The notes beneath the pieces are model-generated. The model made no database searches and was not told the origin of the DNA. It worked only from the letters and a program-made list of their open reading frames with translations. Positions 35,252 to 45,032 of a stretch of DNA of 64,000 bases are shown one piece after another (position 1 is the stretch's first letter; the number at the start of each line of letters is the position of its first letter). The position numbers and the translations under genes are program-made. The DNA is from Spirochaetota bacterium. Lineage in GTDB: Bacteria; Spirochaetota; Spirochaetia; Treponematales; UBA12059. The stretch covers positions 22,399 to 86,398 of the forward strand of contig JAHIWG010000110.1 in the NCBI GenBank assembly GCA_018816345.1, in the 5' to 3' direction.

Positions 35252-36406
35252 ATGACAGGGGCGAAGGAGAGCGCCGCGGAAGCCGCTACAGAATACCTCA
35301 CCGCGGCGCGGGAGAGCCGAGAGACCGTGTCCAGGCAGAGGGACGCGCTGCTCGCCGCGCCGATCGCCGACGTCCTGGAAGACATGCCGATGGTCGTCAT
35401 GGCGACCAACGACAAGCGCCAGATAGTCTGGATGAACCGGCGAGCGACGGAATCCGTCAAGATCCGCGATGCCATAGGCCTGAGGCCCGGGGAGGCCCTC
35501 GGCTGCGTCCATTCCAAGGAGATGCCCGGCGGCTGCGGGACCAGCGCCTTCTGCGCCTTCTGCGGCACGCCGGCGGCCATCATGAAGGCGCTCGCCGGCG
35601 CGTCCGACACCGAGGAGTGCTCGATCCAGGTGGACGAGGAGCACGGCGCTGACACGCTCGACCTCCTGGTCTGGACCAAGCCGCTCGAGCTCGGCGAGGA
35701 CAGGCTGGTCCTCCTCGTCGCGCACGATATGTCGGAGCGGAAACGGCACGAGGTCCTCGAGCGCATCTTCTACCACGACATAGGCAACACCATAGGCGGG
35801 ATCAGGTCGATGCTCGCCCTCGTCGAGGAGGGCGAGGGCCTGGGCGGCTACATCGCCCTAATAAAATCGGCGTCGGACCAGCTGATAGAGGAGATAGACT
35901 CGCAACGGGCCCTCAAGGCCGCCGAGGAAGGGTGCCTTTCCTCCGACACGACGAGGGTCTCCGTCACCGCGGTCATAGAGCGCGCCATAGCTCTCTTCGA
36001 GTACCCGCTCTACGGCAAGGATATAACGATATCGTTCGAGCGCCCGGCCGAGGGAGACGCCGAGATACTGACCGACCCCGTGCTCCTGAGGAGGGTCGTG
36101 GTCAACATGCTCAAGAACGCGCTCGAGGCGTCGGGCCGCGGCGAGACTATACGCGTAGGCTTCGAGGCGGACGCGAAGGGCGTGGTGATACGGGCGTGGA
36201 ACGCCGCGACCATGAGCCGCGAGACCCGGATGCGGGTATTCCAGCGCTCCTACTCCACCAAGGGGCGAGGGCGGGGGCTCGGCACCTACGGGATGAGGCT
36301 CCTGACGGAACGGTACCTGAAAGGCTCGGTCTCCTTCGATTCGGAGCCCGGGCTAGGCACGACGTTCAGGGTGAGGATACCCAGGAGCCCCGCGGCACCC
36401 GGCTAG
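35252..36406 (+). CDS. Sensor histidine kinase with Cys-rich PAS-like domain
   Basis: RPGEALGCVHS...GGCGTSAFCAFCG; FYHDIGN H-box, NMLKNALEA, STKG.GRGLG. Confidence 0.88.
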   Translation: MTGAKESAAEAATEYLTAARESRETVSRQRDALLAAPIADVLEDMPMVVMATNDKRQIVWMNRRATESVKIRDAIGLRPGEALGCVHSKEMPGGCGTSAFCAFCGTPAAIMKALAGASDTEECSIQVDEEHGADTLDLLVWTKPLELGEDRLVLLVAHDMSERKRHEVLERIFYHDIGNTIGGIRSMLALVEEGEGLGGYIALIKSASDQLIEEIDSQRALKAAEEGCLSSDTTRVSVTAVIERAIALFEYPLYGKDITISFERPAEGDAEILTDPVLLRRVVVNMLKNALEASGRGETIRVGFEADAKGVVIRAWNAATMSRETRMRVFQRSYSTKGRGRGLGTYGMRLLTERYLKGSVSFDSEPGLGTTFRVRIPRSPAAPG

Positions 36407-36444
36407 CCTTCCATAAACGCGCCCGCCCGTGGTATTTTGATCCC

Positions 36445-37071
36445 ATGGTGAGAGCACTTTTCCTGGACCTTGACAACACGCTCTATCCGGCCAGCGCCGC
36501 GATGGAGTCCGAGACGATACGGCGGATGAACGAGTACGTCGCGCGGCTCCTGGGCTCGGGCGTCGAGGAGGCCGCGGCCCTGAGGCGGGAGCGGATGCCT
36601 AATTACGGCACGACGCTCGAGTGGCTCATGGCGGAGCGCGGGTTCTCCGACGTCGAGGACTACTTCTCCTACGTCCATCCCGACGGCGAGGAGGAATCGG
36701 TGGCCCTCGACCCCGCCCTCGGCCCGTTCCTCGACTCCATAGCCCTGCCCAAGTACGTATTCACCAACGCGCCCATGGAGCACGCCGCGCGGGTACTCGC
36801 GCGGCTCGGGGTCGCGGATAGGTTCGAGCGCGTCTTCGACGTCAGGTTCTGCGGGCTCAGGGGCAAGCCCGCCGCGAGCGCGGTGGACGCCGTCGTCGCC
36901 GCCGCCGGCGTGCCCGCCGCGGAGAGCCTCTTCGCCGACGATATCCCCCGCTACGTGCGCGGCTTCGTCGACAGGGGCGGCCGGGGCGTGCTGGTCGACC
37001 ATTTCGGCAAGCACGCGGATTCCGGGCTCCCTACCATACGGACCATCTACGAGCTAGCGGCCTTCCTGTAG
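36445..37071 (+). CDS. HAD-IA family hydrolase (pyrimidine 5'-nucleotidase-like)
   Basis: LDLDNTLY, YGTTL..L, FTNA...HA..VL, GKP, FADD. Confidence 0.88.
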   Translation: MVRALFLDLDNTLYPASAAMESETIRRMNEYVARLLGSGVEEAAALRRERMPNYGTTLEWLMAERGFSDVEDYFSYVHPDGEEESVALDPALGPFLDSIALPKYVFTNAPMEHAARVLARLGVADRFERVFDVRFCGLRGKPAASAVDAVVAAAGVPAAESLFADDIPRYVRGFVDRGGRGVLVDHFGKHADSGLPTIRTIYELAAFL

Positions 37072-37087
37072 GCCCCGAGGAGAGACT

Positions 37088-37600
37088 ATGCCGTCATTCA
37101 GTCTATTGCCGTCCATCGTACGGCGGCGCCCCGGCAGGGTAGAGCTAAGCATCTCGGCCGCCACGCGGGGCCTCTACGTCGGGCTCGGGGCCGCGCTCGT
37201 ACTGACCCTGGTCCGGGACCCGGCCGGCAGCCCGTTCGCCGTGATGTTCGCCATCGTGATTGCGCTCGCCGCGCTCTCGGAGGACCGCTGGATTTTCGAC
37301 GGCGAGGCCCGCGAGGTCCGCAAGCGCTACGGCGTGCTGTTCCTGGCCAAGAGCTGGGCCATAGACCTGGACATGGTCTCGTCCATAGAGCTCGACTCGG
37401 AATTCGAGGGAGCCGACGGCTCCGACCCCTACGCCAAGGTGTCGCCGGGCTCGGCGAAGGACCGCTCTGCGATACGGCTCGTCCTCGGGGACGGCCGCAC
37501 CATGGTCATGTGCTCCGCGAAGCGGAAGCGGCTGCCCGAGCTTCGGGAGAGGGCCGTCGCCATCGCCGAGACGATAGGCAAGCCGCTCGTCGAGGCCTAG
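37088..37600 (+). CDS. Hypothetical membrane protein
   Basis: Two hydrophobic segments followed by a soluble PH-like region; SD GAGGAG. Confidence 0.7.
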   Translation: MPSFSLLPSIVRRRPGRVELSISAATRGLYVGLGAALVLTLVRDPAGSPFAVMFAIVIALAALSEDRWIFDGEAREVRKRYGVLFLAKSWAIDLDMVSSIELDSEFEGADGSDPYAKVSPGSAKDRSAIRLVLGDGRTMVMCSAKRKRLPELRERAVAIAETIGKPLVEA

Positions 37601-37623
37601 CGAGCCCAAGCGCCGCCGCCCTC

Positions 37624-37881
37624 CTAACGCCTCCGCCGCCCGGCGTCCCGCCTCGAGCGCCGACGGTAGAAGGCCCCGTAGGCCGCGACCGTAGCGACGG
37701 CGGAGGCCGCGAGCGCGCATACGACTACGAAGCTGGCCGAGCCCAGGCGCGCGAACGGGGCGATTGCGAGCCCCCAAGCGGAGAGGGCCGCGAAGAAGGC
37801 CAGGCACGCGAACAGCGCGCAGGCCAGCGTCGCGGCCGCGAACCTCGCGACCCTTCCCGGTATGCCGCGGCGCTCCCTCAA
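37624..37881 (-). CDS. Small hypothetical membrane protein
   Basis: TTG overlapping the lspA stop (TTGA); two hydrophobic segments. Confidence 0.5.
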   Translation of the reverse strand: MRERRGIPGRVARFAAATLACALFACLAFFAALSAWGLAIAPFARLGSASFVVVCALAASAVATVAAYGAFYRRRSRRDAGRRRR

Positions 37882-38420
37882 GCCTTGGGCTTCCCGTCCG
37901 CGGCGGCCTTGCCGGACGGGACGAAGAACCCCGCCACGACCAGGAGGACGCCGCAGACCACGACCGCGGAATCGGCTACGTTGAAGGTCGGCCATCGCTC
38001 TAGCCCGAAAAGGCCGTAGAACTTGAACGACAGGAAGTCGATGACGCCGTCGGGCCTGAATATCCTGTCGATTATATTGCCCACGCCTCCGCCTATTATG
38101 CCGCAGAGCGCCCAGCGCTGCACGCGCGTGAACTCGTCAGACTTGAAGTAGTACACGCAGAGCCCGACCATCAACGCCAGCGGTACGACGATCAGGACGG
38201 CGACGCGCAGCGGCCCCGCCAGCGCGTCGCCCATGCTGAACGCGGCGCCCGTATTCTTCTGGTGCACGAGCCAGAAGAAGTCCCCGAAGGCCCTCCAGGC
38301 TATGCGACCCGGCTTGACGGAGGCGACGATGGCAATCTTGGTAATCTGATCGAGTATCAGCACCGCCGCGGTCAACGCGAACGGCGCCAATAGCCTCTTC
38401 TTCTCTAGTTCGGGCATCAT
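37878..38420 (-). CDS. lspA: Lipoprotein signal peptidase II
   Basis: DQITK, NTGAAFS, GG.GNIIDR, GVIDF, WPTFNVADS. Confidence 0.96.
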   Translation of the reverse strand: MMPELEKKRLLAPFALTAAVLILDQITKIAIVASVKPGRIAWRAFGDFFWLVHQKNTGAAFSMGDALAGPLRVAVLIVVPLALMVGLCVYYFKSDEFTRVQRWALCGIIGGGVGNIIDRIFRPDGVIDFLSFKFYGLFGLERWPTFNVADSAVVVCGVLLVVAGFFVPSGKAAADGKPKA

Positions 38421-38452
38421 GGCTCCCCTATAGAACGATTGTCCCGGCGCCC

Positions 38453-39214
38453 TTACAGCCCGGTAGGATACTCGATGAAAACGGTACGGAGCCCTAGCTC
38501 CCGGGCCGCGCGCTCGGCGACGGCCTTGACCCCGTGGGTCTCGGTCGCGTAGTGGCCGGCCGCTATGAAATTGAGCCCGGCTTCCATCGCCGCGTGGTAC
38601 ACGGAATGCGACGGCTCCCCGGTCACGTAGAGGTCGAGGCCCTCGGCTATGGCCTGGAGCGACTCGAAGGCGGCGCCCCCTGACACCACTGCCGCGGTCG
38701 TAATAGACTTCGGGCCGAACGGCAAGAGCGCTCGGGGCGCGTCGCCAGCCGGCAGTACCCGCCTCTGCGCCTCGTCCAGCGACAGGGCGGGCTCGAGCCT
38801 CCCCTTGAGGCCGAGCTTGACGCCGTGGTACTCGCCGAAGGGCTGGATATCGCTCAGGCCGAGCATCCTCGCCAGCACCGCGTTGTTCCCGAGCTCCGGA
38901 TGGGCGTCCAGAGGCAGGTGACAGGCATAGAGCGCCATGTCGGCGGCCAGCAGTTCCGCGACGCGCCGGCGCATGCCCCCCGTTATAGCGACTGGCTTAC
39001 CCCAGAACAGCCCGTGGTGCACGAACAGCGCCTGGGCGCCCGCCTCCCTGGCGCGCCGTATAGACTCGAGGCACGCGTCGACCGCGAAGGCGACTTTCTC
39101 GACGGGCCCGCCGGAGCGCCCGACCTGGAGGCCGTTAAGCGAGTCGTCGACCTTGGCGAAGCGCGGGATATCGAGGAGGGCGCTAGCCCACGCATCGAAT
39201 TCTTGTATGTCCAT
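38453..39214 (-). CDS. Nif3/YbgI-like dinuclear metal-centre protein
   Basis: NGLQV, VHHGLFW, HLPLDAHPELGNN, TGE, AGHYATE. Confidence 0.93.
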   Translation of the reverse strand: MDIQEFDAWASALLDIPRFAKVDDSLNGLQVGRSGGPVEKVAFAVDACLESIRRAREAGAQALFVHHGLFWGKPVAITGGMRRRVAELLAADMALYACHLPLDAHPELGNNAVLARMLGLSDIQPFGEYHGVKLGLKGRLEPALSLDEAQRRVLPAGDAPRALLPFGPKSITTAAVVSGGAAFESLQAIAEGLDLYVTGEPSHSVYHAAMEAGLNFIAAGHYATETHGVKAVAERAARELGLRTVFIEYPTGL

Positions 39215-39325
39215 GGAGGCCAGTATACCCCGCCCGTCCGCGGGCGGGCAAGGCGCGAGGAAAGAGAGCTGTACGATCGCGCCCCTACGGTGTACAACGG
39301 TAAAGCTGCCGCGAGGAGGTACCCC

Positions 39326-40114
39326 ATGAGCGCCGCGAGGATCGTCGCCGTCCTGCCCCCGATTCCCGTCCCCGAGCCAGAGCGCGAGCGGCGGCGGGCC
39401 CAATACGCTCGCTTCTGCGCGCCGGGAACGACGGTCGACGTGCGCCTATTGCGGGGCGGCCCCGAGCTTACCGACAGGGAGTACGAGCTATCCTGGGCCG
39501 CTGGCTTCATGGTGCTGGAGGCCGAGCGGGCCGCCGCCGAGGGAGCGGCCGGCATCGTCATCGACTGCACCGCGGATCCCGGGCTCGAGCAGATCGCCGA
39601 GGGCGTCGACGTCCCCGTCGTCGGGGCGCTTTCCTCAGCGGTCCACCTGGCGATGCAGCTCGGAGGGAGGTTCTCGATCCTGGCCCTCGACGGGCACTGG
39701 GCGCGGATGATCGGCGCGCGCCTCCGCTCGTACGGCCTCGCGGATAGGGCCGCCTCGATAGAGGTCGTCGGGGCGCACGTCTACCGGCCGGCCGGCCCCG
39801 CGGGCGGAGGCGCCGGCGGAGGCGCGCCAGACGGGGGGGCCGAGTTCCAGGGGCTCTTGGAAGCGGCCGGCCGCAAGGCGCTCGACGCCGGAGCCGACAG
39901 CGTCATCCTCGGCTCGACGACCGTCATCCAAGGGCGCGAGGAGCTCGAGCGGGCGCTGGGCGTGCCGGTGGTGGCGCCCGGCGTAGCGGCGCTCAAGGCG
40001 GTCGAGGCGATGATCGACATGGGCTTGCGCCCGTCGAGGCGGGCCTACCCGAGGCCGGCTATCGCCTACGGTAGGACGATGGAGGCATGGCTGTTCCCGG
40101 AGGGCCGGGCTTAG
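39326..40114 (+). CDS. Asp/Glu/hydantoin (allantoin) racemase family protein
   Basis: ATG 39326 after GAGGAGG; IVIDCTADPG, VPVVG, GAD.VILGSTT, GVPVV.P, S...YP.P. Confidence 0.82.
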   Translation: MSAARIVAVLPPIPVPEPERERRRAQYARFCAPGTTVDVRLLRGGPELTDREYELSWAAGFMVLEAERAAAEGAAGIVIDCTADPGLEQIAEGVDVPVVGALSSAVHLAMQLGGRFSILALDGHWARMIGARLRSYGLADRAASIEVVGAHVYRPAGPAGGGAGGGAPDGGAEFQGLLEAAGRKALDAGADSVILGSTTVIQGREELERALGVPVVAPGVAALKAVEAMIDMGLRPSRRAYPRPAIAYGRTMEAWLFPEGRA

Positions 40115-41511
40115 CGCCGAGCGTAACCCGAGTACGCGGGGCTCCTCGAGCGGACGGCCCCGTCGCAGGCCTCGGCGGCCTCGGCGGCCAAGCGCTCCTC
40201 GTCGACGCCGACCAGGCGGCCGCCCTCGTAGACTACCTTGCCGTTGACCATGGTAAGGCTGACCGGGCCCGTCGCCCCGAGCCGGGCGAGGAAATTGGCG
40301 GGATCGTGGTCGGCTCCCGCGAATTCGAGGCCCGAGGCGTCGACCATGAAGAGGTCGGCCGCCTTGCCCGGCTCGAGCGACCCTAGGTCGCCGCGGCCGA
40401 GGAGCCCGGCCCCGCCGGCGGTCGCTATCTTGAGCATATCGTAGGCCGAGGGACAGCCTCCGCGCTCCTTGCCCCTCGAGGCCTGCATCATCCAGGCGAC
40501 GCGCAGGCTATCGAGCAGGTTGGAGCTATCGTTAGTAGCGGAGCCGTCGCAGCCGAGCCCTAGCCTGACCCCCGCCCGCCCGAGCGCCGGGATATCGAGC
40601 ACGGGGAAGCCCCCGAGGATAGCCGGCGCGGGGCAATGGCTCAGCCCGGTACCGGTCGACGCCATGGCCCGGTACTCGCCGGGCTCGAGTTCCCACCCGT
40701 GCGCGTACCAGACGTCCGGCCCGACGAAGCCGAGGTCCTCGCACCAGGCGAGCGTGCGCTTCCCCCAGCGCTCGAGCATGGGAGCGTTCTCTCCCTCGCC
40801 CAGGTGCGTATGCAGGCGGACGCCGCGGTCCCTGGCGAGGGCGACCGACTCCACGAAGGTCTCGCGGCGGCAGTTGACGGGCTGGCAGGGCGAGACGACG
40901 ACGTCGGTCATGCGGAACGGCTCGTCGGAGTGGTAGAGGCCTATGAGGCGGTCGCAGTCCGCCAGGAACTCGTCGGTCGTCTCCAGCATCTCGTCGGGTA
41001 TGAGGCTGCCCTCGGCCTTGGGGAGCGTATTGGCTCCCCGTCCCGCGTGGTACCGGATTCCCAGGAGCGACGCGGCCTCCATCTGCCTATCGACCAGCCG
41101 CTTGCCGGCGCGCCTAGGGAAGCAGTACTGATGGTCGAAGGCGCAGGTGCAACCGTGCTTGAGCAGGTCGGCCATGGCGGCGAGCGACGAATAGTAGACG
41201 GCGCGCTCGTCTATAAGCTTGAATATCTCGTATATCTTGCCTATCCAATCCAAGACCGAGAGGCTCGGGTAGTCCACCGCGGCCAGATTGCGCACGAAGG
41301 TCTGGAAGAAATGATGGTGGGTGTTCACGAGCCCCGGATAGACGAACATTCCGCCGGCGTCGATGATCTCGGCGCCTCCCGAATCCAGCCCCGGCCCGAT
41401 CGCGACCACGGCCGGTCCCTCTACGAGGATGTCGGCTCCCCGGTAGAGAGTATCGGACGGATCGCAGCTGACTATGGCCCTGGCGCCCTTGATTACTACC
41501 CGTTCTCCCAT
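40111..41511 (-). CDS. Amidohydrolase, 8-oxoguanine deaminase/AtzB-like
   Basis: PGLVNTHHHFFQT, DHQY, LHTHLGE, WYAHG, GCDGSATND, G.LEPGKAAD. Confidence 0.88.
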   Translation of the reverse strand: MGERVVIKGARAIVSCDPSDTLYRGADILVEGPAVVAIGPGLDSGGAEIIDAGGMFVYPGLVNTHHHFFQTFVRNLAAVDYPSLSVLDWIGKIYEIFKLIDERAVYYSSLAAMADLLKHGCTCAFDHQYCFPRRAGKRLVDRQMEAASLLGIRYHAGRGANTLPKAEGSLIPDEMLETTDEFLADCDRLIGLYHSDEPFRMTDVVVSPCQPVNCRRETFVESVALARDRGVRLHTHLGEGENAPMLERWGKRTLAWCEDLGFVGPDVWYAHGWELEPGEYRAMASTGTGLSHCPAPAILGGFPVLDIPALGRAGVRLGLGCDGSATNDSSNLLDSLRVAWMMQASRGKERGGCPSAYDMLKIATAGGAGLLGRGDLGSLEPGKAADLFMVDASGLEFAGADHDPANFLARLGATGPVSLTMVNGKVVYEGGRLVGVDEERLAAEAAEACDGAVRSRSPAYSGYARR

Positions 41512-41513
41512 GG

Positions 41514-42443
41514 CTAGGCCTCCTCCGCCCCTATCGCTTCGTTCCTCCCGCCGTCCAGGGCCTCGATGAAGCGCCGCATCTCCGCGAAGGCCTCGTCGCT
41601 CTCGGGTAGCAGGTCGCCTAGCGCGGGCCATACGTGCCAGAGGCCGTCCCGCTGGACGAGCGAAACCTCCACGCCGGCCGCCCCGGCCCGCTCGGCTACC
41701 GCCAAGGAATCCGATAGCAGGATCTCTCCCCGGTCCACCAGTATGAGGATAGGGGGGAAGCCCGAGAAGTCGGCGAAACGGGGAGAGACGCGGGGATCGG
41801 ACAGGTCCGTCGAGCCCGCGTAATAGCCGGCCCACAGCTTCAGCATCTCGGTCGTCAGCAGGACGTCGGTCCTGGCGTTCGCGGAATGGCTCTCCCCCGA
41901 GTTAGTCAGGTCGGTCCACGGCGAGAGGCACAGGGCGCATGAAGGCAGGCCTTCCCCGGCGTCCCGAAGGGCCGCTATCGTCGCCAGGCACAAGCCGCCC
42001 CCCGCCGAGTCCCCCGCGAAGACGACGTCGGAGGGGGCGTAGCCCTGCGCGAGCAGCCAGCGATACGCGGATAGCGCGTCATCGAGGGCCGCGGGGAACG
42101 GGTCCTCGGGCGCCAGCCTGTACTCGGGGACGACGAGCCTGGCGTTGAGCGCCCTTGCCATAGGGACGCAGAGCATCAGCGACGCGTCGATGGACCCGGT
42201 GACGTAGCCGCCGCCGTGCAGGTACAGCACGACCCGCCTGCCTTCCTCGCGGGTAGGGAGGATGGAAGCGCACGGCATGCCGCCGACGGAGAAGCGCTCC
42301 ACCCGGATAATCTTGGGGAACGGCACGTGGACCTTGCTGTTCTTGACGGAGCGGGCGCGCTCGTCCAGGACCGACAGGCCCTGCTTGGCGAACACCCTTC
42401 GAATGACCGATCTCCAGAACCTACTCCTAATGCTCGGCGCCAT
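41514..42443 (-). CDS. Alpha/beta hydrolase (HSL-family esterase)
   Basis: YLHGGGY, YRLAPE.PFPAALDD, GDSAGG, SPW.DL, H.W. Confidence 0.92.
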   Translation of the reverse strand: MAPSIRSRFWRSVIRRVFAKQGLSVLDERARSVKNSKVHVPFPKIIRVERFSVGGMPCASILPTREEGRRVVLYLHGGGYVTGSIDASLMLCVPMARALNARLVVPEYRLAPEDPFPAALDDALSAYRWLLAQGYAPSDVVFAGDSAGGGLCLATIAALRDAGEGLPSCALCLSPWTDLTNSGESHSANARTDVLLTTEMLKLWAGYYAGSTDLSDPRVSPRFADFSGFPPILILVDRGEILLSDSLAVAERAGAAGVEVSLVQRDGLWHVWPALGDLLPESDEAFAEMRRFIEALDGGRNEAIGAEEA

Positions 42444-42585
42444 GAGAGCCTCCCCGTCCCGGTCGTAGCTCGGACTAGGCGGCCATCGCTCGCCGAAGGA
42501 TCGACGTCGGAGGGAGCACCAGAATCGAGTCTCCGTCCATGATAGTGCAAAGTCGCGATTTCATGAAGGCCGGAAACGGAGGCGC

Positions 42586-42670
42586 GCCGCGCCTACCCGG
42601 GCGCCGCGCCTACCCGGAAGCCGCGCCTAGCGGGGCGCCGCGCCTACCCGGAAGCCGCGCCTATCATGGC
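42586..42670. repeat. 17-bp imperfect tandem repeat x5 (GCCGCGCCTA core) spanning the ROK kinase stop codon
   Basis: Core starts at 42586, 42603, 42620, 42637 and 42654. Confidence 0.85.
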
Positions 42671-43558
42671 GAGCCTGACCGCGCCTACGAGGCCGGCGTT
42701 GCCGTCGAGCGACGACCACGCGACCCGCGGGGGGAAGGGCGTCATCCGCGCGATATAGGATTCGATCCTATCGGACCGTCCGGCCAGCCCCTCGGCGACG
42801 CCGCCGCCTATGACCAGTAGCTCGGGATCGGCGAACGTGAGCAGGTTGGCTATCGCCGGAAGGAGGAAGCCGAAGCCTCGTTCGATTATCCCGGCCGCGA
42901 CCCGGTCGCCGCGATCCGCCAGCGCGAATATCTCCCTTGCTCCCAGGCGCTCGCCCGTGGCGTTAAGATACGCGCCGGATAGCCCGACGCCGCTCATGGC
43001 CTCCTCGAGCGGCCCGTAGCCGTCCGCCAGGCCGTCGAGCCTCGCGGCCTCGGTGACCCAATAGGCTATCTCCCCCGAGGCGCCGTGCGCGCCTTGGTAC
43101 ACGCTCCCGCCGGCGTAGAGCGCCGCCGATAGGCCGGTGCCTATGTTCAGGTATATGAACGGGTCGGCGCCTACGGCGGCGCCTCGCCACGACTCGCCGA
43201 GGGCGGCGCACTTGACGTCGTTCCAGAGCGAGACTCCAGCCCCGTAGCGCCGGGCCAAGGCTCCCTTCAGGCGCTCGGGATCGAGCGCGCGCACGTTGCG
43301 GCACAGGTGCGCCTTCCCGCCCCAGCATACGAAGGGCAGGCCTATCCCTATGCCCCGGATCGATCCGGGGCCCGCCTCCCGCTGGTCGACGAGCCGCTCG
43401 ACGAACGAGAGCAAGGCCTCCCCGAGGCCGTCCTCCCGTTCCTGCGCGTCTCCCGTCGGTTCGGAGAGCTCCGCGAGGACGTCTCCAGAGGCGGAGGCGA
43501 CCGCGCCGCGAAGGCTCGTGCCGCCGCAGTCGATGCCGATGTACGCCGGGCCGCTCAA
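42644..43558 (-). CDS. ROK family sugar kinase
   Basis: IGIDCGGT, NDVKCAALGE, GTGL, G.HGASGEI, IGGGV, AGLVGA; no HTH; TTG overlaps the upstream stop. Confidence 0.88.
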   Translation of the reverse strand: MSGPAYIGIDCGGTSLRGAVASASGDVLAELSEPTGDAQEREDGLGEALLSFVERLVDQREAGPGSIRGIGIGLPFVCWGGKAHLCRNVRALDPERLKGALARRYGAGVSLWNDVKCAALGESWRGAAVGADPFIYLNIGTGLSAALYAGGSVYQGAHGASGEIAYWVTEAARLDGLADGYGPLEEAMSGVGLSGAYLNATGERLGAREIFALADRGDRVAAGIIERGFGFLLPAIANLLTFADPELLVIGGGVAEGLAGRSDRIESYIARMTPFPPRVAWSSLDGNAGLVGAVRLAMIGAASG

Positions 43559-44994
43559 CGCGAAAGCTCCCGCCAATCAGCGGCTAGCCTCTCGGACGCG
43601 GCTAGCGCGGCCGCCCTCGCCGACGACAGGCCCGACCTCAGGGCGGCTATCCTAGCCTCGAGCTCGCCGAATACGAGGGCCATGCCCTCTTCCGACGGCC
43701 CGCCGGGCAGCGTACGTACCTGTATGAACCGCTCCGGCGAGAGGATCTCGTCGATCTCCGCGTCGTCGAAGGGAAGCTGCCTCCCGGTCAGCTCCAGGAA
43801 GGCCGTCCTGAGCGCCTCCGGATCGTTCCCGGCCGAGACGAAGCGAGAGCAGGCCTCGTGGGCGAGCCTGAAACCGACGCCGGCCTTCCTGACCATGGTA
43901 TCGGCCAGCTCGGTCGCGGTGACGCCGTAGGCTGAGCTTATCTCGCGGGCCCGGGCCTCGTCGCTCCCTACGTTCTCGGCTATCTCCCGGACGAGGTCGA
44001 CGGCCGAGGACGCGAGGGAGATCGCTTGGAGCAGCTCGGTCACGGGCGCGTCCGCGGCCTCGTTGACGTCCTGGTAGGGGGCGCTATGGTAGAGGTTCCT
44101 GATAGCGGCGCAGCGCCCGGAGGCGAGCCCCGCCTGGATGCGGGCGTGCTCGAGTATCACGGGGTTGCGCTTCTGGGGCATGATGCTACTCGACTGCACG
44201 AGGGAGTCGGGGAAGGTAACGAGCCCCACCTCGCAACTGGCCTTGTGGGAAAGGTCGGCGGCGAGTCTCGTGCAATCCTGCAGGAGCGCCTCGACCGCGG
44301 CGGCCGGCCGCGTCAGCCAGTGCGACGTCGTTATTGCCTCGTAGGCGTTCGCTATGAAGGACGGGAAGCCGAGCCGCGCGGCGACGGCGCCCCTATCGAG
44401 CGGGAAGCCCGTGCCGGTTATGGCGCAGGCCCCCATCGTGGAGCGGTCGACCGCCCGGACGGCCTCCGCCAGGGCCTCTAGGCCGCCCACGACGTCGCCG
44501 GCGAAGGCGGAGAGGTAATGGCCCATGGTAGAGACGTTGGCCGGCTGGCCGTGGGTGTACAGCACCGTCAGCTCGCCCGAGCCGCGGCGGGCCCTGGCCG
44601 CGAGCGCCTCCGCGAGGGCTATCCCGTCTTCTTCGAAGGCGAGCAGGGCCCGGCGCAGGGCCATGCGGAAGACCGTCGTGTCCATGTCGTTGCGGCTACG
44701 CGCGGTGTGAAGGTAGGCCGCGTCCTCGACTCCGATCCGGCGCCCAAGCTCGCGCTCGTAGACGAAGTAGAGGTCCTCCACCCCCGGGGGGATAGCCTCC
44801 GGGTAGGAGAACGACTCGCGCATGCCGTCTATCGCTCGGGCTATGACGGCGCCGCGCTCGCGCGGTACTATGCCCCGCTCGACGAGCCCGAGCAGGTGCG
44901 CCTCGTGCACCGAGACGATATCCTCGGCGAAGTACGCCTTCCAGTTGCGGTACGCAGGCTCCAGCACGCGAGCCGTATAGGTCGGAGAGAACAT
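43555..44994 (-). CDS. argH: Argininosuccinate lyase-like fumarate-eliminating C-N lyase
   Basis: LHTARSRND, YTHGQPA, SSIMPQKRNP signature, T.ELAD..V, FR.AH. The context suggests a catabolic paralogue. Confidence 0.8.
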   Translation of the reverse strand: MFSPTYTARVLEPAYRNWKAYFAEDIVSVHEAHLLGLVERGIVPRERGAVIARAIDGMRESFSYPEAIPPGVEDLYFVYERELGRRIGVEDAAYLHTARSRNDMDTTVFRMALRRALLAFEEDGIALAEALAARARRGSGELTVLYTHGQPANVSTMGHYLSAFAGDVVGGLEALAEAVRAVDRSTMGACAITGTGFPLDRGAVAARLGFPSFIANAYEAITTSHWLTRPAAAVEALLQDCTRLAADLSHKASCEVGLVTFPDSLVQSSSIMPQKRNPVILEHARIQAGLASGRCAAIRNLYHSAPYQDVNEAADAPVTELLQAISLASSAVDLVREIAENVGSDEARAREISSAYGVTATELADTMVRKAGVGFRLAHEACSRFVSAGNDPEALRTAFLELTGRQLPFDDAEIDEILSPERFIQVRTLPGGPSEEGMALVFGELEARIAALRSGLSSARAAALAASERLAADWRELSR

Positions 44995-45032
44995 CCTGAC
45001 TCCTTGGCAGAAGGCCCGGGGGCGAGCCGGCC

